This document shows, piece after piece, positions 1 to 14,570 of a stretch of 64,000 nt of DNA (positions within the stretch are counted from its first letter, which is position 1; each line of letters opens with the position of its first letter). The notes beneath the pieces are model-generated. The model ran no database searches and had not been told where the DNA came from. It worked only from the letters and a program-made list of their open reading frames with translations. The DNA is from the human T2T-CHM13v2.0 reference genome, Homo sapiens. The stretch lies in the NCBI RefSeq assembly GCF_009914755.1, contig NC_060936.1, one strand, 5' to 3'. A program made the translations under genes and the position numbers.

Positions 1-2010
1 TCTGGTTATTAATATTATTGAGGATTCATTGTATGTGATAAGTTTTTCTTCTTTCACTGTTTTTAAGAATCTATGTCTTTGGCTTTCAACAGTTTGAATA
101 TTTTGTGTCTAGGTGCAGTTCTCTGAGTTTATCTTACTTGAAGTTCATTAAACATTTTGGATATAGAGATTAAATGTTTTTCATCAAATTTTAGAGTTCC
201 AGCCTTGAAAATATAGTAAGACTACATCTCTGCTAAAATTTTAAAAAATAGCAATTTAGCCAGGCATGGTGATATGTGCCTGCAGTCCCAGTTGCTTGGG
301 AGTCTGAGGCAAAAGGATCACTTGGGCCCAGGAGTTCAAAGTTGAAGTGAACTATGATTGCCATTGCACTCTAGCCTGGGAAACAGAAAGAAACTTTGTC
401 TAAAAATAAATTTTTTGAGAAGTTTTTGGAATTTTTTTTCAAATATTCTTCCCATTTCTCTCCCTCTCTCTTTCTAGGATTTCCATTATGTGTATATTGT
501 AACACTTGTTGATGTTCTACAGGTGTCTGAGGCTCTGTTCAGTTTTTCTTTATTCTATTTCCTTTTCATTATTCCGACTGAATATACTCAATCACCAATT
601 TTCAAGTGCACTGATTCTTTCTTCTGTCAATTCAAATCTTCTGTTAATTCCATCTAGTGATTTTTTTTTTAATTTCATGTATTGGACTTACCTATACCAC
701 AATATTTCTTTCTTTCTTTTTATAATTTCACTTTATGGATAAGCTCTATTATGTGAGATATTGTTCTCACACTTTTCTTTCACTCTGTAGAAAAAGATTT
801 TTCCTTTGTTTCTTGAATAAATTTATAATAGCTTATATAAATTCTTTGCCTAGTTAAGTTCAAATCTGAACTTCCTCAGGGATAATTTATTTTTACTTTT
901 TTTCTATGTAGGGGCCACCCTTACCTGTCTGTTTGCATGTCTCATTTTTTTAATTGAAAACTGAACATTTTAATTCACATAATGTGGCAAATTTGTAAAT
1001 CAAATCCATAGCTGGTTGTTATTGCTGTTTCGATGTGGCTAATGCTGGTTTTTAGTGGTTTTCCTGGACTTATTCTGTAAAAGCTGTATTTTCTGTCATG
1101 TGCAGCTTTTGAAGTCTCTGCTCAAAAGACTATCTTAGTGATAATCTCATGACTAGACGTCATCTTTGGATGACTTAATCCAGTAAGTTTTCTACCCCTT
1201 GCCAAATGATTCTGTGCTTGTGTTGGAACATGGAATCAATGCTTTGGCAGTTTACAGCTCTGCCTTCTTGTCTTTCTTTACTGGTCATTCAGAGGCTCAT
1301 AATCAGCTGGAGTTAAAAGATTAGTGATTCTGCATGACTTTCCTGAGCATGTACATATTTTTACACATGCATGTGGGCCAGATCATCAGAAAGATCTCCG
1401 TGTTTTTCAAGGCTCTTATAGTTACCTGATTTCCAGATCTCCCTTTTCAGATTTTTTGGCCAGCCTTTCATTTGTCCCGGTTGCTATCACTGCCTCACAT
1501 AGATGAGATCCTAAATAATTGCTGCTGATTGTTTTTGAAAAATTACCTAGGGATGTTTATTTTTAATTTTTTTTCCTTTTTTTTTCATCGAGTGAGCTCT
1601 GGGTCCATTCAAATAAAGACAATTCCTATAAATGGGACTTTTCCAGGGAACTGCCAGACATATCAAATAGTGACAATTCTCTAGAAATAAGGAATTTTTG
1701 AGGTGCTGTTAACTTGGTCTATGTTCTCTATGTTCAGTGATGGCTAGACTGTTGGTTTCAATAGCTGTCATCATAGTGAACCTGTTGGTTTTCAAGGCTG
1801 CTATGGAGCTGAGAGGGCAAATTAAGACACTAAGAGGTTCACAGCTTTTGCCAAGATTCTGCTATTTTTCATGAATAAATACTCAGACCGTTGCAAGCCT
1901 TTGGTTAATTTCCAGAGTTCCAAAATGATTTTAACAATTATTGACTGTTTTCTCATTGTGCTCATGGAAGAATAGATTTTTGATGTCCTTACTATGCCAT
2001 TCTGGAAATA
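1..2010 (-). mobile_element. Ancient L1M-type LINE-1 (L1MC/MD-like) 5' region/ORF1 remnant, interrupted by an Alu
   Basis: T-rich antisense L1 ORF1-like text (aacagtttga...tgtctaggtg...ttcatcaaattt) ending in an L1M 5'-end-like motif (ccttactatgccatt); no intact ORF. Confidence 0.65.
193..410 (+). mobile_element. 5'-truncated AluJ
   Basis: ttagccaggcatggtg...ggatcacttgggcccaggagttcaaag...gcactctagcctgg plus short A tail; J-type diagnostics. Confidence 0.85.
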
Positions 2011-3239
2011 CTGCATTCCACCTATTTCGAAGGACTATCTTCTATTCTTCTTTTTTTCACCCCCAGCGGAAATTTTACATAAACACACCTGCTATCCCAT
2101 TATTCCAAATGCCTTTCCTTTGGTCATAACTGGGACAATATGAAAAAGCTTCGATTAGCTGCTGGGGTTGATTACAAAAAACAATTCAATAATCACGACA
2201 TTAAAACTGCCAGAATAGATGTTTAGATAGCATTGGCATAGAATAATAATTAATTGCTTCTCTTGATGTTTTGAAGGAGAAAGGAGCTGAGATAAATAGG
2301 GATGCAATTTTTCAGAGCACTTATGTAGATTGAGACTTTTAAATGACAGTATGCTGATCTCCAGAGACAGGGTAAAATAAAACCCCATATGATGTCACCA
2401 GAGTTTCATTTCTTCCTGGAGATAATGAGGATGAGCATGGAAAAGTGTGGGGAGAGGGAGCCACTTTGCATCATCTAGAATAGATGGTCAGAGTCTACAT
2501 ATTGACTAACAAAAATTAGATAAAGATATCATACAGCAGTAGCAACATCAAGAGTAAGAAGGCAGTTATAACAGGAATGAACATAATTTTTCCCCAGGGA
2601 AAGCCTGAAATTTGGATTAAAATGAATGATAATATATTAGCCAAAATAATTAATGCCAGCTACTGCAACAAAATTTTAGGGACTTATAACCAAAGATTTT
2701 TTTTCCCTCACTCACATAACATCGAAAGTGGCTTAGGTGCTTCTCCTACAAGAAATCTGTTCTTAATAATAATGAAGATACCCATATTATTTCCATCTTG
2801 CAGATCTACCTTCTTTGAATTGTTTCTAGCTGCACAGAGGAGAAAAAAGAAAGAATGAAGAGAAAAGACCCAAACATCCTTGGCTGCCTCAAAGCAGAGG
2901 TGACCCATTGCTTTACTTCTGCTCCTAATACATTGATGTTAAATAACTACCTACCTGTACCCAGCTAGACACGTTGTAGGTTTCTGTGAAATACAGGAAA
3001 AACATGTGGATAATTGGTTAGCACTAGCTATCTCTGCCATACGCTCACAATCTAACAAACCAAAGGATAACGAACAACAAAAAGAAAATATTCTATTGTG
3101 TTTCTGAATTTGATGGCTTCAAACTTCACCTAGTAATTTCTATAAGTTAGAATTAAATTCCACTGTGTAAAACTTGTTAATATTAGTTTCAATTATAAGA
3201 AATCTGAAAAATTATGACTTTAAAATACAAATATTACAA

Positions 3240-3380
3240 AAACTGTTTGGCATTTTTATATGAAGATATACTTACCATATGACCATCAATTCTTAGATAT
3301 TACCCAAGGGAAACAAAAACCTATGTTCACACAAAACCTTATGTTCACACAAAAATGTGAATGGGAATATTTATGGTGGC
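3240..3380 (+). mobile_element. Old L1M 3'-region fragment
   Basis: cttaccatatgacca...aaaacctatgttcacacaaaacc is typical L1MC/ME text; includes a small tandem duplication. Confidence 0.6.
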
Positions 3381-3382
3381 AA

Positions 3383-3857
3383 GAATGGTTAATTTTGTCA
3401 ACTGAGCTTGGCTGTGGTACCCAGTTGTTTTGCAAACATCAGTCTAGATATTGCTGTGAAGTTTTTTTTTAGATGTAATTAACATTAAAATCAGTACACA
3501 TTGAATAAAGATTAACATCAAAATCAGTAGATTTTTGAGTAAAGCAGATTACCCCCTGTAATGTGGTAGGCATTATTCAATCAGTTGGAGGACCTAGGAG
3601 CAAAGACTGAGATTTCCAGCTGGGAAGGAATCCTGTCTCTAGACTGCCTCCAGACTCAAGATTGCAACATTGACTAATGGCAGAATTGTCAGTCTGCCAG
3701 ACTTGCCATCCCCTACAATCACGTGAGATGATTCTTTATAATAAATCTCTCTTTTTTATTCTCCCTCTTTCCTTCTCTCACAGAGTTTGTTCTCTGCCTC
3801 TCTCTCCATATACATACACACACCCTATTAGCTCTGTTTCCCTGGAGAACCCTGACT
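3383..3857 (+). mobile_element. MLT2 (ERVL) LTR
   Basis: atggttaattttgtcaact...agtctagatattgctgtgaag...ctgtttccctggagaaccctgact matches the MLT2 LTR layout. Confidence 0.85.
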
Positions 3858-3864
3858 GAGCATA

Positions 3865-4140
3865 AATTGCTTAGAAGAAGAAATGGCCAGATGTACAATT
3901 GCATAGAAACTCATTAGTTGGGACAAATGACTTGACTGAATGGTCAGGGACTTGGAAGAAACATTACTGGAAAACTGATAACAGGGAAGTCTGGAGAAGA
4001 GGTATATGGATAGACTTCTATGAATGGGCCAAAAATGTCAAAAAATAAAGTGAAGATATTTATGTCCCTTGTGAATGTTCACTAAAGAGTGACCCCAGCA
4101 TAGGAAAATTTTAATCATTAAATGGACAGGATAACCCGTT
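3865..4140 (+). mobile_element. ERVL internal pol (RNase H) fragment, decayed
   Basis: Translates to KKWPDVQLHRNS...WSGTWKKHYWKTDNREVWRRGIWIDFYEWAKNV, resembling ERV-L RNase H; contains stop codons. Confidence 0.8.
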
Positions 4141-5260
4141 GTCTTTCCCCAATGACTTTCACTGTATTCTATTCTTTTTCAAGGGAGTCACTAGGTCTAA
4201 CCCATGGACTCAATGGAGTAGATCACATAAGGGTGTAAATACCAGGCAGGGGGATGGAGATCATAAGAGTCCTATCTACTATGTAGGGTCTGTCTTCCTT
4301 GATTAGACACTGGAGAAAAGGAGTTTCTCATTAGCACTGCTCACAGTATTTAGATGATAGTTTTGAAATAATAAATGTCTTCTTTATCTTTGTATTCCCT
4401 TCCTTCAGTATCCAGTGCAGGTTTAGCATGTAGGAGAAGTTCAATTAATATTCTTTGAACCGAGCTAAACTGAGATTCCCTTTGTGAACTCTTCATTCAA
4501 ATTAGCCCTGAAAAGCCACCATCTCATGAACACATCATAGACCTTTTTTTTTCCATGTTTTTATTCATTCTATTGTCTACTGAGAATGGCTTTCTCTAAA
4601 CTCTGCTTTAAATCCATTTCAAATTCTATTTCCAGTAAATTTTTATAGAATTCTACTGAAAATCAATAATGGTCATATTTACATATATTACATTGTTGTT
4701 TTAATATTATTTAGATTTTCTGCTGACTTTTAGCTTTTCATACTTTCCTATCTTCTCATCTCTACCCGGCTAAATTGTAAATGTGCTGAGAACAGAAATG
4801 CTCTTGTGAAATTCTTTACATCACTCAAAAAGACATATGGTGTAGCACGTGATTTTATGTTTTCATGGTAATGGATTGTAAGGCATTTTTAATATTAAGC
4901 AGTATTATGAAAACTTAATGTACTTATTTTTCCTTATGGTTATTATAATCCTTTTAAAATGACATGGCATTATTCAATAGCATTTTTCCCTTTAGGGTAA
5001 TGTATATTAAGCCAATAAAAATAATGAAGTTTTATTGTACTGGAAAGTTAATTGTAAATTTCAAGCGTCAAAATATTCATATATACACAGAAGCACATTT
5101 ACTGACTCAACTCAAGTCAAATTTTGCCCAAAACTAAAAATTTCACCAAAACAGTGAAATACCTCTTCAACTTACAGTATTCATAAAAATATAGATACTT
5201 GTATATTTGCTACATAAATGATGACCACTTTTTTTAGCCAAATTTGTAATATGGTAAAAC

Positions 5261-6512
5261 TTTTTATTTTATATTTGTTTTGACTTTTTATTTTTTATTA
5301 TTATACTTTAAGTTCTGGGATACATGTGCAGGCAGAACGTGCAGGTTTGTTACATAGGTATACATATGCCATGGTGGTTTGCTGCACCCATCAACCGGTC
5401 ATCTAGGTTTTAAGCCCCGCATGCACTAGGTATTGGTCCTAATGCTATCCCTCACTTGTCCGCAGCCTCTGACAGGCCCTCGTGTGTGATGTTACCCTCC
5501 CTGTGTCCATGTCTTCTCATTGTTCAACTCCCACTAATCAGTGAGAACATGCGGTGTTTGGTTTTCTGTTCCCGTGTTCTTTTGCTGAAAATGATGGTTT
5601 CCAGCAAAGGACATGAACTCATTCTTCACTCTTTTTTATGCATAGTATTCCACGGTGTATATGTGCCACATTTTCTTTATCGCATTGATTGGCATTTGGG
5701 TTCGTTCAAAGTCTTTGCTATTGTAAATAGTACTGCAATAAACATACATGTGTATGTGTCTTTGTAGTAGGATGATTTATAATCCTTTGGGTATATAATC
5801 AGTAGGGGGATTGCCGGGTCAAATGGTATATCTGGTTCTAGATTCTTGAGGAATCACCGCAGTGTCTTCCACAATGGCTGAGCTAATTTACACTCCCACC
5901 AAGAGTGTAAAAACATTCCCATTTCTCCACATCCTCGCCATCATCTGTTGTTTCCTGACTTTTTAATGATCACCATTCTAACTGGCATGAGATGTTATCT
6001 CATTGTGGTTTTGATTTGCATTTCTCTAATGACCAGTGATGATGAGCTTTTTTTCATATGTTTGTTGGCCGCATTAATATCTTCTTTTGAGAAGCGTCTG
6101 TTCATATCCTTTGCTCACTTTTTGATGGGGTTGTTTGTTTTTTTCTTGTAAATTTGTTTCAGTTCCTTGTAGATTCTGGATATTAGACTTTTGTCAGATA
6201 GATAGATTGTAAAACTTTTCTCCCATTCTATAGGTTGCCTGTTCACTCTGATGATAGTTTCTTTTGCTGAGCAGAAGTTATTTAGTTTAATTGGATCTCA
6301 TTTGTCAATTTTGGCTTTTGTTGCAATTGCTTTTGATGTTTTAGTCATAAAGTCTTTGCCCAGGCCTATGTCCTGAATGGGATTGCCTAGGTTTTCTTCT
6401 AGGGTTTTTGTGGTTTTAGGTCTTATGTTTAAGTCTTTAATCTATCTTGAGTTAATTTTTGTATAAAGTGTAAGGAAGGGATCCAGTTCCAGTTTTCTGC
6501 ATATGGCTAACC
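5261..6512 (-). mobile_element. 5'-truncated primate L1 (L1PA7/8-like) 3' end
   Basis: Poly-T tail, ttatactttaagttctgggatacatgtgcag, aggttttaagccccgcatgca 3' UTR, and antisense ORF2 C-terminus. Confidence 0.92.
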
Positions 6513-7674
6513 AAAACCTAACATTTTAAAGTGAGACTCTTACACAATGTGAATGCATGGTCACCATTGACGTAAGCCATCAGCAAGCACTTAATCCTTC
6601 CTTTGACCAAAGTTCTACATTCATTAAACTGTCCAGGACTATTCAGAGTGCCAGTGAAGTCTATTTCCACCAGTGCATTGGTTCACATCAAAATAAAAGA
6701 AAAATGTATGGTCAGGCTTTCACTTCTCAGTCACTAATTACTGAAACTTTAAAAATATTGATTTGATACAGCTTGATTTTATGTCTATATAATTCATTGA
6801 ATTGAACATATTTATGTTTCCAATTTTACTCTGTAAGAAGTTACAGAAAATTACATATATTATGGAAAAACTGAAAATAAAATAACATTCTGGACACTTT
6901 TTCATGCCACTTATAATACTTCAAGTTTTTATTGTACTATCAATTTCTATTTGATTAAATCCACAACTACCCACATACATTTTACTCTTGCTTAATCTCC
7001 TAAATTTATAGAGTAATTTATATTCAGGTAAATTCATGCCACATTAACTGAGAGTCAGGCTAATTCAGAAGATGCTTTTCTTCACATAATGCTGCAGTAA
7101 TAAGTAACTTCAGTAGACATTGGCTATGCTGAACAGATGCTGGAGACTCCAATGAGTCTCAATTTTATGGCTACACTAAGAAATGTTTGACTTCAGCTTA
7201 ATTTTGTTATTGTTGCAAATCTGGACTGTAGTCTTAAGAAGGCAAGGGTCATATCTCTGTCCCTCTCTTTAATGTTTCTTATATCTAACTAACATAGCGC
7301 TGGGCATGCAAAATTCATTCTGTAAATACTTATTGAATAAATTAATTTATGCTAGATTAATTACAAATACAATAATCATCTCTCTACACTACTTATAAGT
7401 CATTCCCACTCTTTTTCCCATTAATTAGCTTAATGTACATTTTTTTTCTTTTTACTCCAAATTTTCTTCACTTTTTCTCCTTATCTAACCTTGGTATCCA
7501 TCTCATAATGTCATGATCATGAGCCACAAATGGTTCTGTGTAATAGAATAGTGTCTCATATGCACATCAAGATTCTATGTGCAGGCCCTGAACTTGACAT
7601 ACATTAACTCACTTAATACTCCATATATTTGTGCTGGTGTTTTTATTTTTTAACTTGTCACTGACTTGAAGCTC

Positions 7675-7850
7675 ATGTGAAGTTGGGATTATTAATATGT
7701 CTATTTCACAGATAATGAAACTGAGGCACCTAGAAACTGGTAATGTGCTTAAGGTCATACAGCTAGTGACACTAGGATTTTAATTTTGCCCATTGGACTC
7801 CAGAATGTGTATTCTAACATAACATTCTAGCCACTGCAATCTTATGCTGC
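7675..7850 (-). mobile_element. MIR SINE
   Basis: Antisense MIR core cagataatgaaactgaggcac...aaggtcatacagctagt. Confidence 0.75.
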
Positions 7851-8029
7851 CTCACCACTATGGTGTGATTTAAATTATGATTCACTTTTATAATCAACGT
7901 AGCTCTCATTGTATAAGAGCCTCTCCTTAGATAAGTTCTTATAAATAATTGATGCTTATATCTCAAATATATTGCTTAAAAGTTAACGTTTGTATTTTAA
8001 AAATATATTTTCCATCTACAAAATTTGTA

Positions 8030-8240
8030 ATCAGGCCCAGATTCAAATTTTATATTTGCCTCGTATTAACTATGCCACTTTCACTATGTTACTTATCTTT
8101 ACCTCTTTTAGTACAATTGTTTAATCTGTGACACAGCTAATACAACTGCTCTGAAGTTAAATAAGATGAAAAAACATTTTAAAGTACTTAACACAGTGCC
8201 CAAAATATAATAGCCTTTCAATAAATATAAATAGTAATAA
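8030..8240 (+). mobile_element. MIR SINE (degenerate)
   Basis: MIR 3' end aaagtacttaacacagtgccc...tcaataaat. Confidence 0.55.
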
Positions 8241-10084
8241 TACATTTTGTAAGGATTCTAACATAATTACTGTATTTGCAATATTTGTGCCAAATCTCCT
8301 CCCATATTTAGTTAAGGTTTATGGTTCAACATCCTGGGTAGCATGTTGTTAAATCTCGTGATCAAACATATAGTTTAGAAAGATTACCTATTGCTTTATT
8401 ATTTAATTGCAAAAATACACATATTTCATGGGAGATGAATAAAGGCCTCTAAAAAGTTGGTCTTTAAATATAAAATATTTGCATGAACTCATAATGTTGA
8501 GTGTACTAGATCACTATATTGACACTTTGAAAGTATATATGCATCAACTATGCCCTTCTAGTTTCATCTCCATTGATAATCTTATTTAAAATCAGATCTA
8601 TTCATATCTTCAAATTAAGAAATAGAATATAAAAGGACCTTAATTTCATTTTGTTTTCAAAAGAAAAAAATAAGTCAATAAAAAGCTGTGTTGTACAGGA
8701 AATAACACGTTTAACTAATAAATGCCAAAGGATTTATTTCAACATTGTAGACTAATGTTCAGTTATGAATGTACACTTTGAGGATTAGCCTGTGGGTACA
8801 GGAAACAACATGTTCAAGAGATCACCTTTTCAGAACAATGAAATACCCTAAAGCATTATGAGGCTTAATTGAATAAAATTTCACCATATACACCCATTTA
8901 TAAGCCTACAACTCTTGACAAGTTCAAACTTCATCAAGAATTCAACATCAATAAAAATTAATTTCTACCAGCCATGATGCGTGAAACCCTAATCCAGACA
9001 GGACGATATTACTAACATCTACATTCTTTCTCCAAGACACAGTTGCCTCTAAGCTAATTGTAAAATGTGTTTCTCTTTTTTCCATTTCCCTTGAAGAGAG
9101 TATCAAACAAATGACATCCCATTCTTAGATTATTTTTTAAAGGACAAGACTTTAAAATTTTATTTTCCTTCAAAGGAAGTGATCCATCTCTGTAAAGCAT
9201 TTACATATGTAGCTACAAAATATTCTTAGCCCTTCATAAATTAACAGTAGGATTATAAGAATAAATGCATTAGCAATATTAAAAGTATTATTCATTTATA
9301 CAAATTTAGTACCTACTCAAAATCTCCAACAAATCAGGGCTTTCGACAATCGTTAAATATGAGTTGTGTGCCTACTATGTGAAATATGTATAAATTTCTT
9401 ATTAATCAAAAATAAGGATAGTGCAGACTAAAGCAGAATGTGGTTAGTTTGTTGTAGATAATGATTTCATAGATTAGAGTCTTAAAGACTAAGAAATTTT
9501 GCTAAATTATATGATTAATTCTAAAAAGTAATAGCTATCTTATGTTGGATAATTATAAACAAAAACTAATGGGGTGAGCATGGTCTTAGTAAGTGCATAC
9601 TGTGTCACTCAGATTATTCATAAGACAAATGATTTTAAATATATTCAGTTGTTTGTACCTAAGTGTTTTCCACCCTTCTGTTATGTTTTGATTACGTATT
9701 CAGTCTAAGAATATACAGGCTGAGAGAATAGAGTTATTGTGACTTTATTTGTCTTACTTGTCAAATTATTTGAAGCAGACTTTAGGTCAACAGCATTTAA
9801 AATTTCTATTAAATAGTGAACAGCTGAAGGAATTTTCCAGGAAGAATGAGAAGGAATGAATAGACTTTTCATAGATCCTAACATAGAATAAACAAGCTAC
9901 GAAAAATTCCCTTTGTCTTCCTCATACCATTTTCTCTTTTTCTTCTTTACTTTAAAATCTACTAAAAAATGCAACCCTTGCTCTCTTTGGTTTTTAGAAA
10001 TAAGTTTATTAGACTATTTAACAAGTCATTTAACTTCTCAGTGCTTCAGTCTTCTCATCTGCAACATAAGGTGACAGGATTAGA

Positions 10085-10276
10085 ACATGTGGCCCACAAA
10101 CTTTACTTGTGTGTAAGAATCAACATGGAAAGCTTGTTAAAATACAGCTTCCCAAGGCCAGCTTCAGAAATCCTCATTTAGTAGGATTGGGGTAACCCTC
10201 TGAATCTGGTTGTTTTTAATACACCCCTAAATATTTTTGAAGCTGGTAGTCTACATATCTTATTTAGAAGCCCTGA
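10085..10276. mobile_element. MER5-like hAT-Charlie DNA transposon relic
   Basis: agaatca...gcttgttaaaatacag...tagtaggattgggg...gaatctg...ttagaagccctg resembles MER5A/B. Confidence 0.6.
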
Positions 10277-11798
10277 AAATATGACAAATTCTCTCCAAGT
10301 CTCCTTCCATCTCTCATAAATCGCCAGGTCAATATTTCCCTTAGAGTCCATAAAATGAGTGAAAACTAATTTTCTGGCTCCCAAAGGTAAAGTAGAGAGA
10401 ATCTTGATATTATCAATGTGTTCCAATTCATCCATTCAGTTTTTTAACATCTATGTAGAGGCCACTCTAAAAGTCAACAGAGTATTGCAAGAGAAAATAT
10501 ACCTTCCTAGTGGTTATATTGTAGGTCATGGAGCATTTTATTAAATATTAAAAGACTATACAGAGATTGTATTATGATATCAGAACAAATACTCTTGTTT
10601 GAAAGTGTTGAGCTCTTATAGATTCAAGGTGATAACAGAAATAAAATGAATATGTACCTTGTCTTTTCATTTCAGTTTGTAATGGAACATCAAGAGGAAT
10701 CAAAATTACGAAGTTTTAGAGGTTGTCTATTATAAATATTTCTATTCCCTCTAAGGTGTTATCTGCTCCCTGATACCAACAATCCAAGTGTCTTTCTGTT
10801 TGTATTCTGGTAGCACAGTTCTTCATTCACTGTAGACATTCAAAAAAGGACACTGAATGAATGAGAATAAATAAATGGAAAAGAATGCATTCCATCATTG
10901 AAGTACTGACAGAGACTCAGTGAAGAACTGGACTCACTTGTTAAAAGGCAGATCTATTTTTAGGGCATGGTCAGATATCTTCATTCCTAACAGAGGCTTT
11001 TAAACATTTGTGTTGTGCTTCTTTGTAAAATTAGCTCTTATGTCTCTAAAAATGTGTGAAGGGCTGCCTTTCCTTTTGCCTCATCTCCACTACCGCCATA
11101 GGCAACATATCCTGAAATGCTCAAGGAAGTCCCATTTTATTCAAAAAATTTTGCTACTTACAGCCTGTATGATTGAAAATCTTAATAATTCCAGATTACT
11201 TTTTTTGGAGTTAATGAGTCTTTCTGTGTACTACTTAATGTATACCTATCATATGGCAATAATGTAACAGGTTACAAACAATAGCTAGTAACATCTGAAA
11301 TCATGTGATTCTTGTTTTATTTTTATTTGTGAGAATTACATCATAAAATGAGGCTTAATATTTTATATCACACTAGCTCAAATTCGCATGATTTAAATCT
11401 TCACAAAATGCAAAACACACACTCTCACCATTTTAATTCTGATGCACAAGTCTGAAAACAACTGGGATAAGGCTATCTTGGCAATCTCTTGTCAGTCTCC
11501 TTATTTTCTACATGGCCTTGCTTGATAGCAACATGTGTAACTGGAGTGAATAGTTATTTAATTTAGTCACTTGCTCCCGAGGAAAGGGGATACTGTCATC
11601 TAGCTTGTCGCAGTGTACAGGGGATGAGATTTTTCATGTGATTTGCTTTAGACAGATAAAATGCCATATGAATAAGGCAAAACATTAGGAGTCAATTCAA
11701 GGCATAATTAATACTTAATGTTTTAGCAGAGGTAGATTTATTTACTGAAAAAAAAGAAACAAGTTTAACATACTCAAGAAGAGGCAAGAGTATTCTCA

Positions 11799-12286
11799 TT
11801 GTTTTAGTTATCTACGGTCATCTAACAAACCACCCCAAAATACCGTGGCTTCAAATAACAACCATTTTGTTATATCTCAGCTTCTGTGATACTCAGATTT
11901 AGGATTACTACTTAGTACTTCTCTTTAGCACTTTCTCTGCTGGTCTTGCTTTCAGTCTTCACAGTGTTACAGTTGAATGGTGGCTGTGACTGACATCTGG
12001 CTCATTGTTCCACCCCTTGGCCTCTCTTCATCCAGCAGATCTGCCTAAACTTCATTAATGTGGGGATTCGTGTTCTAAGAAGGAGAAAGGGGGAGTTGCA
12101 AGGCAGACTTTTACATTCCCAGACTCACAAGTCCCAGAGCATTTCTTGATTCACATTATGTTGGTCAAAGCAGGGGCAAGCCCAACCTAGATTCAATGGG
12201 AAGGGGCATAACCGGCACCTCTTAATAGGAGGAACAGCATTCAGGAAAACAGATGAGTGGAATTGTTTGGAAATTCGCTACCACAC
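11799..12286 (-). mobile_element. MLT1 (J/K-like) MaLR LTR
   Basis: Begins tgttttagttatcta...taacaaaccaccccaaaa and ends ctaccaca, the reverse of MLT1 termini. Confidence 0.75.
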
Positions 12287-14401
12287 TTATGGATCTTCTA
12301 GGGAAATATTGATATACCCAGATTACAGATTATTGTGATCTCTGAGGACAGTTGTTGGATGCTTTCTGAAAGTATTTCTGTGAATTCTTTCTGAAGCCTT
12401 GTATGGTTAAACTATACTATCCAGTATTATCTATGTACTTTTACAAAAAGGCAGAATAGCATTAATTGATTGTGTGGAGCAGACAAAGAAGAAAAGCTGG
12501 AAATCCTCTTATCACTCACACATCAACTCCTAGACCCTTGCTGGTATCACAATCCCACAATGAAAGATTCTTGTGGGTACAAACATTCTTTCTCTCTGAA
12601 CTGACATCCCTAACAAAGATGTGATGTGTAAAGGATGCTTACTTACCCAGACTATGACCTTTGCCATTCTAGGGAGAGTTACAGGAATAGTGCAGGGTTT
12701 AAGATATTATCCTAGACAGATGGAAGACAAACCAGAGCAGCCCTAATTTTCCATGAGGTGGGTTCTACATTTTAAGGTTCTTCCCTCTTCTTCTAATAGT
12801 TTTTTTTTTTAAGTCAGATGAAGATTGCTTTAAAGGGCCTTCTTTTCTCAAGGATGTGCCATCAGAAACTAAAGAGATGTATCTGTTATAGACTTACTTC
12901 TTCCTGAGACTGATTTGGAGGTATGAGATAGATTTTGTATTGTCTGAACTGCTGCTTCCTGCTATTTCTATTTCTATATTTCTAATAATACAAAATAATC
13001 GTAGAAAAAAACCTAAATGCTCAGACTTAACAATTGCTTTATGATTTTTTAAAACCCCAATAACCAAGAACACTTAATCCAAAAATTACTTAAGAAATTT
13101 CTGAGGTGAGCCAGGGAGTCAGTCCACATATGCCTGAATATAATTCTCTTTGAATCATGGAAGAGGAGAAGAAAATAGCAAGCTTATATTTCTACATTAG
13201 AATGGTTAAAAAAAAAATCTCCTAACCTTCTCTGAAAACTGGGTACCATGACAGAGCTTCACCACATGACTAGGATAAAAGACTGGGTCATGGCCTCAGT
13301 AATCCCTTGATTCAAGAGATTCTTCCTATAACCAGTGTATTGAACAAGTGGCTGTCATGAAATGTAACCATAAAACATATTTGATTTTGCATCTGTGGAG
13401 AAATTTTTCTTGGTGAAAACATGGGAAGTTTACACCTTGTTTTTAGACAATTAAAATTTCCTGGGTGTCTTTAAGTCATAAAACAGTGTCAATTTAATAT
13501 TTACATTATCTGGTCCTGCATACTACTCAAAACTTTTGATTTCATTCAAGATAATAGCCAATTTTTTTTTTCCTGAAGCTTCTAACTCTTCTGTCCCATC
13601 TTTTAACTGTAACTCTGATTTTTCAGAGTTGAAATAAAGGGAGGCAGAAGAGTAAGGAGAGAAAAATAAGTCATGCTTGACTGGTATTCTTTTATCCTGG
13701 CTACATTATTGATGAGCTTTCCAAGTTTTTAAAGCTGACAAAGTCCCTAGTGGCTGTCTTCACACATTCCTCAGAGGCTCCACATTCACATTCAGTTTCC
13801 TCAGTCTGAGTGAATGATTCTCTCATGGGACCTTTTGCTTAATCTTGCAACCCCAAAAATATATTAGTTTCTAGCACTTAATGCTGAGGTTCTCTTGCTC
13901 CTCAAAATTGATCCAACTGGTAAGGCCCAGGACTATCTGCATTCTGCTCTTTTACATGTGCCCCACACATGGCCTTCAGGAAACACTCACACAACCTTTG
14001 TTTCAACAGTTAGTAAGAGGAAATGCTGATCCTAGCTAAGTGGCAAAACCTTTTAACTCTTGCCTTTGGAGCAGTTTCCCAGGCCATCCCTGCTGTTTAC
14101 TACTCACAGATGAGGGTCAGGAAAAAATCTACTATGCTTCCCCAAACTCAAAAGTGGAAGTCAAGTTTTCTGAAAGGCCCATTGATGGGTCCCTCAAACT
14201 CTCGTTCTCACTCTCGCTCTAAATTTGAAAGGAAAAGGGAGAACCCCACTTCACTCCCGTGGGGAAGATTCTAGTCAAGATCTGGTCTTTCAGCTCTTTT
14301 ATGTGCCTGAGGTGAGCCAAGGTGTTCAAGATTCATATAAGTGGTTTTGATTATAGCTCCTTGGAAATCCTTGAGCACCATCTGCATTACTTTGGTATTT
14401 G

Positions 14402-14570
14402 AGAAGCAGAGTAACGTAGTGGTCAAAAGGACAGCCCTGGAGCTAGGTTTCCCAGCTTCATATTCCAATATACTTAACTTTGCTAGTGTTCAGTTACCTC
14501 TTCAATAAAATGGTCTCACTTAGCTGGCATAAATAGTGCCTACTTACGTTCTTCGTGATGATTAAATAGG
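14402..14570 (+). mobile_element. MIR SINE
   Basis: tRNA-derived head gtaacgtagtggtcaaaagg...ctggagc and decayed core. Confidence 0.6.

Noticed and set aside
12818-12920. Apparent + strand exon starting with ATG and ending GAG|gtatga
   Set aside because: In-frame stop, no recognisable protein and no linked exons.
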